NCBI GenBank assembly: GCA_964016885.1
Contig: OZ024741.1
Location: 21,142,001 to 21,206,000, forward strand
Direction of reading: 5' to 3'
Length of the DNA: 64,000 bases
Origin: Eledone cirrhosa
Taxonomy: Eukaryota
In this document: in pieces, positions 14,401 through 28,032 of the stretch
Layout: every line of letters starts with the position of its first letter
How positions within the stretch are numbered: the first letter of the stretch is position 1
Notes under the pieces: model-generated
The model's input: only the letters and a program-made list of their open reading frames with translations
The model's database searches: none
Told to the model about the DNA's origin: nothing
Position numbers and translations under genes: made by a program

Positions 14401-17400
14401 AATGGCCAAAGGAGGGCTGCCACATGCTCACATCTTGATTTGGTTAGCTGATAAAATCAATTCAAACGCCATAGACAGCTTCATTTCGGCTGAAATCCCT
14501 AACCCAGCAACTGACCAGGAATTACATGACATCGTCAAAGATAACATGATTCATGGTCCATGTGCATCACACGTGTCTGAAAGGGGGGGGGGGGGGTCGT
14601 GCAGTAAGGGATACCCCCAAAAATTTGTTGACGAGACTCAGACTGGTGGCGACGGGTACCCCCTGTACAGGTGGAGACGGCCCGAGAACAGTGGCTTCAC
14701 CACAACAGTAAAGGGAGGTCAAGTCGACAATAGATGGGTGGTCCCTTACTGCCCGCTTCTCTTGAAGATGTTCAACGGCCACGTCAACGTTGAGTTTTAC
14801 AACTCCGTCAAGTCGATAAAATACATATGCAAATATGTAAATAAGGGCTCTGATGCTGCAATGTTCGCATTTCAAGCTGAAAATAGCAGGGACGAGGTCA
14901 CAGAATACCTGGCGGGGCGGTACATCAGTAACAATGAAGCTTTTTGGCGCCTATTTGGTTTACCGCTACACCAACGGCACCCCGCCATCGTACAGCTTGC
15001 GGTACATTTGGAAAATGGGCAAAGGGTTTACTTTACGGACCAAACCGCCTCCAAGTTGGCCGCCGATCCGAAAGAGACCACTCTGACGGGTTTCTTCAAA
15101 CTTTGCCAGTTCGATACATTTGCGCAAACAATTGTGTACCACCATGTTCCATCCTACTTTATATGGTCGAAAAACACTTGGGTGCGAAGAAAGTCAGGTC
15201 AGGCTGCTGAAAGACATCCTGGTGTAAAATTTGACAGTTGTTTTGGAAGGGTTTACACTGTGCCCCCAAGTCCGCATGAGTGCTTTCATCTCCGCCTTCT
15301 TCTGCATGAAGTTGTAGCCCACAAAGTTTTCAGGACCTCAAAACTGTTGATGGAGAAATATGTGATACGTACCAGGAAGCCTGCTTTAAGCGTGGCCTTT
15401 TGGAAGATGATTCGCAATGGGATTCCACTTTAGCAGAGGGTGCTTTGTTGAAATCACCTAAAGGTCTACGGGAACTCTTTGTTATTTTGCTTCAAAAGTG
15501 TGAATTGGGTGATCCCAAATCTTTATGGGTCAAGTACAGAGACTTCATGTCTGAGGACTTCCTGCGCCTGGCTCATCTGCAGTATACTTCAGTGGAAGTT
15601 GGTTACAGCGATATTATATACAACAGGGCTCTCATTGATATCGAGGACACCCTCCTCGACATGGTGGGAGTGAGTTGGTGACATATGGCTTGCCGTCAAC
15701 CGTCAGAGAGGAAGCTAACACGTTGGCCCCGGATTTGTTGCGGGAAACAGCATATGACATCGAATCTCTTTCCCAATACTTAGAGGAAAATGAGCCCAAA
15801 CTTCTGTCGGACCAAAGGTTGGCCTATTTAACTATCATTGACGCGGTTCAAAATCAAACTGGGGGTATTTACTTTCTCGATGGTCCTGGGGGTACCGGAA
15901 AAACTTATGTAACGAAATTGATTCTCGCTAAGATTCTTCAGGAGAAAAAAATTGCGTTGGCCATTGCATCGTCCGGGATCGCTGCTACTTTGCTGCCGGG
16001 AAGCAGGACAGCACATTCAACCTTTAAACTCCCCTTGGATTTAGTAAAAACTGAGACACCAACATGCAATATCAGCAAGAGTTCACACGAAGCTCTGGTT
16101 CTCAAAAAATGTTGCCTCATTGTTTGGGATGAGTGCATAATGGCACACAAGGGTGCCCTTGAGGCATTGGACAGGACCATGAAAGACATTAGGGATTCTA
16201 CGGCTCCTATGGGTGGTGTAACCTTTCTACTATCAGGGGATTTTTGGCAAACGCTGCCTGTCATCCCCAAAAGGACAAGAGCTGATGAAGTGCGTGCCTG
16301 TCTTAAGTCGTCCATGTTGTGGCTCCAGGTGAAGAGTTTGTACCTGAGCACAAATATGCTTGCTCATTTGCATGGTGACAACATGTCTGCAGCATTTGCT
16401 CAGAATATTTTAACACTTGGTGAGGGCAAGGTCCCTGCGGATGACAAGGGCGGCATAGCAATCGACTCCCTGCACAACATTGTGAGCAGCCCTTCTGACC
16501 TTTGGGAAGCAGTTTTTCCTAATGTCTCATTTAACTTTAAAAACCTCGATTGGCTCAGCGAAAGAGCCATCCTTGCTCCGAAAAATGCCATGGTTAATTT
16601 TATTAACGAGCAGCTGATTGAGAAAATTCCCGGTAAAGAATACATCTTCAAATCTAATGACCGGACGTCAGACCCCGACGATGGCGTTAATTATCCGGTT
16701 GAGTTATTAAATTCCCTTGAGCCCCCAGGGCTCCCACCTCACATTCTTAAGCTTAGGGTTGGCTGTCCCATTATGCTAATAAGGAACTTGCGTCCACCAA
16801 AGCAGTGCAATGGTACTCGCATGGTTGTCAAGTCACTGACGCCCCACTTGATTGAGACCACCATTGCAACGGATTGCGGGAGAGGGGAGAATGTTTTCAT
16901 TCCAAGGATGAATCTTTTCCCCTCGGCGTCAGATATCCCGTTCGATTTCCAGTGAGACCATGTTTTGCCATGTCCATTAACAAGTCACAACGGCAAACAT
17001 TGTCGGTGGCGAGCATCCATTTGGGGGAGCCATGCTTCTCCCATGGCCAACTTTATGTTGCCTGTTTCCGCGTAGGGAGCAGGAATGGACTTTTTGCTTA
17101 CACTCCTCAAGGATGACACACAATATCGTCTACAAAGAGGTGTTATAGATGTTGGAGGTGTTGGAGCTATGCCGTCTGGAAAACTGGTAGGGTCACCCAT
17201 AGCGGACAGATCTGACACCCAGCAGCATCAGGGCCACCATCTTGCAACTTTGGTCTACTAAATTCGCTATTGGAAGATTATTAACCCATCATTGATTGTC
17301 CAAAATGCTAATTGGTTCGTAACTATTAATAACCGGTTCAACTGCTTTATGCACTTAATTGATAAGCTTATGCGCTTTCAAGCTACGTTTACCTGTTTGT

Positions 17401-20400
17401 AACTTTTCATAGCAAATGAACAAACCTGAGCAACGCCGGGCTAAACTGCTAGTATATATATATATAGGACACATTATACATATTCACTTTGTGTACATTA
17501 TGAATAAGGCAATTATTGCTCCAATCAGTCAACAAACCTTCAGCAAACACCCTAACCTAAACACCATCCTGTACTCATGACTCCTGCTAAACCAAAGTGT
17601 ACTCACCCTCAAATTTCAGCAAATCAAACATGGACCACCCATCCTTCCAAACTCAGCAGGTATACATAACTGGATCGCAACAACCACCTATATATATCAG
17701 ACACACATTATAAAATGTTGACTCATGGTGTTGCATATCTATTGACTTAAACTCTTACCTATTAAGTTTCTATCAATCTCTCATACAATTTCTACATCAC
17801 CCTCTATTCTCTGTGTATCATCCTCTATATATTTCATGTTTACAATATCTTCTATCCATCATTTCCTTATGTTTATTTCATTTCTCATCTTTTTCAGACA
17901 AAACATATCTCTATAAAGCTGTAATTGCCATAAAGAAAGATAGTGCAATTAAAAACTTGAAAACGTTGATCAATAAAAAATCTTGCCATACTGGTGCTGG
18001 GAAGACTACAGGCTGGACTGTACCAGTTTCCAACTTACAAGAGAAGAAGATAATCGAAATGAAAAGCTGCTATAATACGATAGAAAATGTTGCTGATTTC
18101 TTCAGTGAATCCTGCGTCCCTGGAGCTATGGAGCCAAAATTCAACCCATTTTGTAAGAAACTGTTTTTACAAAAAATTCTATGATGTTTCCCACCCACCC
18201 TTTTTTTTTAGGGGAGTGAAGTAAAACAGCTGTCTAATGTTACCTAGGCAACACAGTTGTCTAATGTTACCTTGGCAACACAACTGAGTACAGTTACCTA
18301 GGCAACACAGCTGTCTAATTTTACCTTAGCAACACAGCTGTCTAATTTTACCTTAGCAACACAGCTGTCTAATGTTACCTTGGCGACACAGCTGAGTACA
18401 GTTACCTAGGCAACAGGGCTAAGTAGTGTTACCTAGGCAACACAACTGCCTTATGTTATCTGGGTAATTCATGTAGAGCTAAGGGTGTTGAACTGACAAT
18501 CATGATGTTATGGGTTCGATTCCAGGGCTGGTTTGTGTGTTGCGTTCTTGAGCAAAACACTTTATTTCATGGTGCTTCAGTATACTTAGCTGTAAATGAG
18601 TCCCAGTAATAACTGGGGGGTTTAACCCTGAGATGGGCTGGTGTCATGTCCAGGGGAGAGTGTTGTAGTTTCAGTCACTTCACACCACCTAAACTGGCCT
18701 GATGAGTCTCCAGGTTCAACACTGACTTTAGAATGTTGAAATAATGAAGGAAGTTCATGAGAATTTAAAATCAATTTCCTTAAAATATCATGCAAAACCT
18801 ACAATACTTGATAAAGTTACACTCAGACCAAGAAAAAACTTAATAGAGCTTACCTTCAAGCACAGTAAAATGTCTGAAATAGTTCACCTCCATATCACCG
18901 AACAACATAATGTTGCATGGAAAACTATCTCTGAAATATCTGGTAAACACTGAAAGTCAACTATTAGGCTTAACCCTTTAGCATTTTAGCTGACCATGTC
19001 CAGCCAGAATTCTCTCACTTCTTTCTAGTCAAACTGGCTGTAAATGGCTGCTCATACTGGTCTTAAGGTATTGATCTCAAAATAATATCAAAATCTTGTA
19101 GATTCGATAATTCGATATTATTCGAGATAATTATGTGAGATAAAACCTTTAGAAGTAGTATTTTAGATGTTAGTTGTGAGGACATGTCATAAGAAACGAA
19201 ATAAAACAAATTAAGATGCTGTAAATTTAGACGCGGTCAGATGGCTAAAGTAAGAGGCCAAGCCGCAGAGAATTCCGGTAGCTACATTTTGGAAAGTTTG
19301 TTGAGCAAAATCAACAGATGTTTACCTTCTGGTGTCGAGATGCCAGAGAGAAAGTTTATCAAAAAGAAGCGATGTATCCATGAGCCCTCAGAATGTAGGT
19401 CACTACAAACCTTTACTACGAAAATACAATAGTAAATATAGAGTAATGTAAAGGGTTAAAGGTGGCTGCACAGGTAAATGTTTCTCCAACTGGACTGATC
19501 CACAGGTAAATGTTTTTCCAACTGGACTGATCCAGAGATAAGTGTTTATCCAACTGGACTGATCCACAGGTAAATGTTTTTCCAACTGGACTGATCCACA
19601 GATAAGTGTTTATCCAACTGGACTGATCCACAGATAAGTGTTTATCCAACTGGACTGATCCACAGATAAGTGTTTATCCAACTGGACTGATCCACAGGTA
19701 AATGTTTCTCCAACTGGACTGATCCACAGATAAGTGTTTATCCAACTGGATTGATCCACAGATAAGTGTTTATCCAACTGGACTGATCCACAGGTAAATG
19801 TTTCTCCAACTGGACTGATCCACAGGTAAATGTTTCTCCAACTGGACTGATCCACAGATAAGTGTTTCTCCAACTGGACTGATCCACAGGTAAATGTTTC
19901 TCCAACTGGACTGATCCACAGGTAAATGTTTCTCCAACTGGACTGATCCACAGATAAGTGTTTATCCAACTGGATTGATCATTTGTTTTGCCAATTTCTT
20001 AGGTAGAGAACCAACAAATTTCACTAACTTCTCTTTAACAAAAATCCAGATATCAGATACCTTGGATGTTCCAACAACTTTATTTTTAATTAACTTAAAA
20101 CAGTATTAAAATCTACCAAATCCTGAAAACAATTTAGTCTTGATTACATAGCAAACATCTGGAAAAACATTAATTCAGGAGAAGATTATGAAAAACAGTA
20201 ACTTCTGCAAACAGACCTACCATCTGAAGAAAATCTCCAAATTGCTAAATTAACTGTCAAATGTTACTTAGCGAATTGTCTGTTACTTGTGAGATTCAGT
20301 TGCTAAGTTCATAGGTTGACTATGAAGGAGTGATGCTAGAGCTGTGAAATCTTGCATGAGGGTGGGCTAAAAAGTTCATAGGCTAACTATAAAGGAATAA

Positions 20401-23400
20401 TGCTAGAGCTGTGAAATATTGCATGAGGGTGGGCTAAAAAGTTCATATGCTAACTATAAAGGAATAATGCTAAAGCTGTGAAATTTTGCGTGCATTAATT
20501 TCAACTCTTCTTATTAATAATTGCATTGTTTCTTTCCAGGAACTATGTTGAAAAATAGACCCCATTTGGTCATTCCATGAGAGTATCTTGGTCAGCCTAT
20601 AAACTTTTCAGCTAACCCTCATAGGCAAGAAAGCTGTGAAATCTTATCCAACACAGTGGTGTAATGTTACCTAGGCAACACAACTGTGTAGTGTTACCTA
20701 GGCAACACAGCTGTTTTATTTCCAATCATGGGGTTTTAGGATCTAACCCTACATTTGTCCCTGTAAATAGTTATTTCTCCAAAGTTACTCATACATTTAA
20801 TCCGGTTTGTCATTTCTACATACATGCTGAACATTAACAGAATTATATTTTACAAATAGAATATTAAAATATCATTCATTTCCATATGTCAGTAATCAAG
20901 ATAAACCATAGGGTTTCTCTGATGCAAATGATCATAACTGATAAAGGTTATATCATCATCTTCATCATCTTCTATTTTCCTAGCTAACAATTTTATATAT
21001 ATGTATGTACATTTTTGTTTTTGTAGATACCAACCGAGTAGCTATTTGTGGACTTTGTAGTAATGTCAATTGTACTCGCACTGATAGATATGCTGGCTAT
21101 GACGGTGCTATGAAGTGTCTTGAGGAGGGTAAAGGAGACGTAGCATTTGTTAGTAACAATGAAGTGGGGAATAATGCATGGAATTTACTTTGTCCTGATG
21201 GGCAAGTGAAGGACGACAGTGATTTTGAAAACTGTAATTGGGCTACTAGACCATCAGTTGCTTTTGTTGCTTCTTCTCAGTTGGGGAGCAAGTTGACACA
21301 AATTGCCAAAGTACTTAAAGACAACTCTGCTAATGTTATTTCAAGCTTTTCCATTTTTAAAGGTGCTAAACAATTCCAAGACACTGATAAAGATTATAAA
21401 AAATATATGGGTAAGTAAGCTGTTCTTCTTTTTAAAGAATTGAAACTGTTTCTAAAAAAATAAAATCATAAGAGAGTGTTGTAGTTTGCTTGAAGCTTTG
21501 TTCGTTAAGTATAAGATGGTATGTAATTCGAAGGCTGTGACAGTGTGAAAGGTGTGGTATGATTTAAGATAAAAAGAAGGCAACAAAGATCCTCTGTGTT
21601 ACCAGGTCTTTATTCAAATATAACCTTAATTTTCGAGATAAAAACTATTCATCAGAAGTCAAAAGCTTTGAAAAATAGAGAAAACGTTTTAGCTTGTATG
21701 TGTCATATTTTCTTTCTGTTTATGCTGTTACTAACAATTTTAGGTGTTCTTGTACTCTCCTTTCATCACCATACATTCCCTACGCTGGCATACAGGTCAA
21801 AGCAACCAGTCGTGCTTGTTATCTTCCATATTTGATATGGTTTCTACGGCTGGATGCCCTGCCAGACACTTTATAAGATGTTCTGGTGCATTTTTCATGA
21901 AAGCAGCACTATCACTTTACAGAGTGGACTGGATGTATTTTATTGTGGTACCAACACTACAACTTTACAGGATCTACTGTATCATGGCATCATCAATAGA
22001 TAGTTTGTCATACTCTAGGTCAGCTTTGGGTGGTGGGACTATATTTTTTATAACTGGTATGGGGACTATAACCAGCTGGGAGGGGCTACAATTGACAACT
22101 AGTCAGGAATTATATCCAGCTGGGAGAGGCTACAATTGACATCTAGTCAGGGACCAGCTGGGAGGGGCTACAATTCACATCTAGTCAGGGACCAGCTGGG
22201 AAGGGCTACAATTCACACCTAGTTAGGGACCAGCTGGGAGGGGCTACAATTTACATTTAGTAAGAGACCAGATGGGAGGGGCTACAATTGACATCTAGTT
22301 AGGGAGTGTATCCAGCTTTACAGGGACATTACAATGCATCTAATGCTGTAAGAAAGCAGAACCAAGCAGTCTGGCTACTTTTAGTTTGTTGTTGTACTAG
22401 TGTATTTCATAGTATATTTAACAGGATTTTATTAGAGACATAGCAACATCATTGAATTTGATTAACCCTTTTGTAACCTATTTCTAATGAAATTGGTTGG
22501 GTTAGTTTCAAAAAAGTTAAATAGAAACCTCTAAAAATAGGTGATTTTGTTTCATAGGACCAGAGTCAGTGTGGTATTAAAAGAATTAATCTATTTACTT
22601 TATATTTTTTTAAGGTGATGGATTTTTCAATACATTTGAGTATTATCATAACTGTAAAGGTGACCTAAGGTGGTGTACTGTGAGCAGTGCAGAAATGGAA
22701 AAATGCCATGATTTAAAACTGGCTTTTGCTGCAAAACGTGCAACAAATAAACTGATGTGTGTGGAGGGTGAAGATGCTCATAATTGCCTTAACAAAGTAT
22801 TCAATAAGGAGGCTGATTTTATTGTTCTAGATGGAGGGTTGATTGGAGATGCCATAAAACAGTAAGTTCCTCCTTCATTTTATTCATATGAGTTGTTATA
22901 TATTTTTGTTTTGGTCATAGTTTATTCAATATGTGTTTGCAGTCATAAATACATTTCTAAAATAAATCAACATGCAACTTTGACTCACTTAGTTGCTTTT
23001 ATCATCATCATCATCATCATTTAACGCCCATTTTTCCATGCTAGCATGGGTTAAACGAGTTGTCCTGTCATGAGAGAAGCCAGGTCAGGTGACTATGTTT
23101 TGCTCATTACAGAACTGATTTTTGCTTGGTTTCTACAGCAGGATGCCCTTCCTAACGCCAACCACATTTACAGTGTTGACTGGGTGCTTTTTATCATGAC
23201 ATCTACACGACCACTTTACAGTGTGGACTGGGTGCTTTTTTATTGTGATACCTACATGACCACTTTACAGTGTGGGCTGGGTGCTTTTTATAGTGATACC
23301 TACATGACCACTTTACAGTGTGGACTGGGTGCTTTTTATTGTGATACCTACATGACTACTTTACAGTGTGGACTGGGTGCTTTTTATAGTGATACCTACA

Positions 23401-26400
23401 TGACTACTTTACAGTGTGGACTGGGTGCTTTTTATAGTGATACCTACATGACTACTTTACAGTGTGGACTGGGTGCTTTTTATAGTGATACCTACATGAC
23501 TACTTTACAGTGTGGGCTGGGGAGGATTCGCTAGATGTATTCTTCAGCCTGTCCGCATGGGAAGTGTATGGAAGAGAGGGGGGGGGGGGAGTTGGATGTG
23601 AGGGTGGTACATACTATATGTGCTCATGGGAACGTTGGTCTTCTGTATTACTGCATAACACCAGAGTTCTTGGTCCTGTGTTATCGTCTTTGAGAGCAAG
23701 TAATTATAAACCCGGTCATATTTTGTACACTAACTACCATATATACTCGCGTATAGGTCGCACTTTTTTAACGATAAAAAAGTATAAATTTTTGGGTGCG
23801 ACCTATCCGATCGACATCAGACTGACCAATGATTTTTCATAGACTTAATGAACGATGGCTATTTATAAAAATAACTTTGTTAATATTTTTTTATTATTTA
23901 ACATAATAATTTCATATATCTACCTTCTTATACATATATTTCTTGATTTTCAATTTTTTACTAAAACTTTGTAGTGTTTACGTTTTTTTCTATCTGACCG
24001 AACCATCCGTCATTAAAATCCATAGAAATGCATACCCAGTATTTAAAATGTGATTTTGTTGTCTTATTATTGCTATGGACACGTATTGTGACGTATTTAC
24101 TTTAACAGGAAACAGATTATTGCGCGTGGCGTTACTTTTCAAAATTAGCAAGTGAGAAAAGTTGATAGTTGAAATCTAGCAGTTTTCCGAACAGGTGAAT
24201 TAATTAAAAATGCAGATATAATCAGTACAAGGTTTTAGTCGTTCTCTAAATTCCAGGCAAATATTTTCATTGAAAAAAATGTATAAAACCTTTTCACCAG
24301 TCAAAATAATATTTGCAATGTACGGTGTAAATTTACGTAACAGAATGTTCCCAATATATAAGTTCATTAACAGGTGTGGACATGTATTGGTGTTGTATCT
24401 TTCAACCACGTTGCTGTAATATTTTCAATGGTGTCCGTCAGATCTTCGCTTTCACTTTCAAAGTAACTATCATCGTCAGAAATAAATATGTCTGATTCAT
24501 TTGAAGATAAATCACTATTATCTTGTGTTTCTTTTTCATTTCGGATGTCGTCGCATGTAAAACCTTCAAAGTCGGTATTCGTTACTTTGGGAAGCCATGG
24601 TGATACGCTAAAAATCTGTTATACTGTCAACGTTAAAACACACGTGTTATTTCAAGTTGTTTCACTATATTAAGAGTTAATTTTCACGTTTAAAGGCTTT
24701 ATCTCACAGTAATCTCGAACTGACGAGATTTCGATGACGTTAATGTTTATTTTATAAATAAAACATGGTTTGGAGTATATATCGCAACGGCAAAGTAATG
24801 GAAAGCTAACAGATTATTAGTTTCAATTATCATAAAAAATAGTAGTTTGACAGCCCAAATTTCAGTGCGATCTATCTACGAGTCAATGGCAAATAGCCTG
24901 TTTGTTAAATGAAAAGTGGATATGCGACCTATACGCGAGTATATACAGTATACATAAAATCTTCATAAGAGCAGTCAAAGAGCCCAAATATGTTGAGGCC
25001 ACTGGGGAAGATGAAATCCGGCATGAGATATTAAAGCCTTAAATAGGGAAGGTATTCTCTGGCTGACTCATGTGTGCTGGGTGGCCTGGATCTCTGGAAA
25101 CAATGGAGTGATAATCCCAATTTTCAAAAAGGGAGAAAAGAAAGCTTGTTCTATTTACAGCCTCTGTTAAGCCTCCCTGGCAAAGAAATGCAGGGAGATT
25201 GTTGAGTCCAAGTTAGCTGATGAATCGTGCGGTTTTCGCCCCAGACACAGCACAGCCGACCAAATATTTGCATTGCGGCAGGTCTTTGAAAATCGTGCAA
25301 GTATTGCCAAGAAGTATATTCTTGTTTTATAGACCTTGAAAAGGCATATGGCCACGTTCCAGTAGAGTGCATAGCTTGAAAATCAGAGAGTAACTTCAGG
25401 TAGAGCCGCTTCTCCGAATTGAGAAATCACAGATCTGATACTAGGGGCATGTGGTTAGAATGTCTCAGTAAAGAATTGCTGGATAGATTTTACAGGCAAA
25501 ACCAACCGGCAGGAGGCCCAGGGGTAGACCCAGAGTCAGATGGTTGGATAACATCCATGAGATGAATGAGTTTAAATCCCACCGAGGTTAGCTTTAGCTT
25601 TCTTCCTTATGTGGTCGATAAAATAAAGTACCAGTAATGCACTGGGATTGGGTTGATTTATTGACTTTCCCCTCCCCAAAAAATTGATGGCCTTGTGCCT
25701 AAATCAGAAACCATTATTATTATTGAGGAAGGTGGATTGGCAGAATCAGTAGAGCGTCAGACAACATGCTTTGTGGAATAGAGTTACGGCCCTTTACGCT
25801 CTAAGTTCAAATCTCGCCGGGGTTAGCTTTGCCTTTCATCCTTATGGGGTCGATAAAATAAAGTACCAGTAATGCACTGGTGTCGATTTAATCAACTTTC
25901 TTCTCCCCTTCAAATTGCTGGCCTTGTGCCTAAATCAGAAACCATTATTATTACTAGCAGAAAACCACCCTTCGGCTGGTTTTCTGCTGGCATGTGTAGT
26001 GTGTATATTGATATTATACGCAGGTATATATACATGTAGATATGATATCAAATAACATCGTAATTGACAATATACACAGAAATTGAACGAAGACTTATGT
26101 AATTAGTAATCCATGATACATTATAAAAAAGATGATATTATATATAAACTGCATTAGGAGAAAATTAGTATATTTATTTAAGCGATCGCCACCGGAAGTG
26201 TTGACATTTCAGAAATTTTAAAGAAGTGATTCTTTAAATAAACAAAATATATTTAATGAACAGCCACGAAATTTAGTAGATAAATTATGTAATATTCATT
26301 CATTATTTATTCAAAGGTTGACTTTGCCTTTCATCCTTACGGGGTCGATAAAATAAAGTACCAGTAATGCACTGGGTAATTGCTGGCCTTGTGCCTAAAG

Positions 26401-28001
26401 TAGAAACAATTATTTATTCAAAGTAATCCAACTTATTTTACAAACGGGATAAAAAAGAATAAACCGTACGCAATCCCGCAGACCTTCCTTTATTATAGTT
26501 TAGATTATTGATGTTATCAATTATATTTCAGGTGTGACATTGAACCTAAAATAGCTGAGAAACATTTACAAACCTCTCTTGAAGCTGCTTCCTACTTTGC
26601 TGTGGCTGTTGTCAAGAAATCATCCAAATGGAAGTTTCCTAATTTGAAAGGTTTGTAAAGTTTAACATAGAAAATTGACCTCCTTTTAAGGACCCCCATT
26701 GGTCACTAATAACCATGGTGAAAGTTTCCCTCCAAGGCACAAGCCTGAGCAAGGTTTGTTTGTTTGAAAGACCAACAGTCGCCCATGCATACCAGTCTCC
26801 CATCTCCATGCCACCGATGTTGTCCTAGGTAAAGGCAATGGCCAATACAGTTTGGCACCAGTGACATCACAGATCATTTCTACAGCTGAATAAACTGAAG
26901 CAACGTGAAATAAAGTGTCTTGCTCAAGGACACAACATATCACCAGATCCAAGAATCAAACACACAACCTCACAATTGCAAGCCGAACGCTCTAACCACT
27001 AAGCCATACCCCTCCTACTGCTTTATTATTTATTCTCATTGGTTAACAAGCATGACTATGTGCTTAAGAAACTCCCTTTAAATCATGGAGTTTCAGATTT
27101 GATCACACTAGAGAGCACCTTGAACAAATAACTTCTTTGATGGCCAAGGGTTGACTAATGCTTTGTGAATGGAATTTGATTAACAGAAACCGTATGAGAG
27201 CCTATCATTTGTATATACAGTGTGGATTGGGTGCTTTTTGTCATGACACCTACATGACCACATTATCTCACTACCATGCAACATTACTGTTCATATGCAT
27301 ACATCATACAATCTGCCTTGCATTTTGAGGGAAAAGTCTTTTATAGCTAGCAATGGTAGTAACTCCCTGAACATTCTCTAACCCATTCTCACTCTGGCTA
27401 CTGTACTTTCGGAACACCCACCTCCGCTACTAATTAGGGCACCAGGTAGCAGAAGCTGTTGTCTATTTCTACAGAGCCATTTGGGCATTTGAAGGTGGTA
27501 GTATCCTGTGGGCTCTTGCTACTTACTGCACCTATGCATTGGCTGCATATTAAAGCTATGTTCTTTGATATCCTGCATGTGATCCCACAACATCTTTTGT
27601 GTACCCATAGCTTGCATTTGGGACATTGGATGGAATTTCTACTTACTCCTTTCCTGCACTCTAAACAAGGTCATTTCCCTGAGGGTATATATATACATGG
27701 ATACGCGCACCTTCTCCTGTACCCCCTCCCTCTTTTTTATGTATCTATTTGTGAAGTTACATACAGATTTTAATGTATTCTAAAATATTGTTAATTTATC
27801 TATTTTATTTTATTATCTTATTGTGTTTATATTTGGGTGTTTTTATGTGTGGACTTGTGCGTAGGTATATGTATGTGTGTGTGTGTGTAGATATAGATAT
27901 GCATATATATATGGGGGTGTGTATATGGGCATGTGTACGTATATGCATGAGCTTATGAGCATGTGTGTGTGCATGCATGTAAGTATGTGGCAGAGTGAGT
28001 G

Positions 28002-28032
<31 letters not shown>

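Larger units (their letters stand above)
13670..17452 (+). mobile_element. Helitron with an internally deleted, frameshifted Rep/PIF1-helicase gene
   Basis: 5' region similar to the 5669 element; 3' hairpin region then CTAG|T at 17449-17452; encloses Rep-Hel ORFs. Confidence 0.9.

Noticed and set aside
15675-16955. Host PIF1 helicase gene
   Set aside because: Continuous with a HUH Rep domain, intronless, frameshifted and inside Helitron termini
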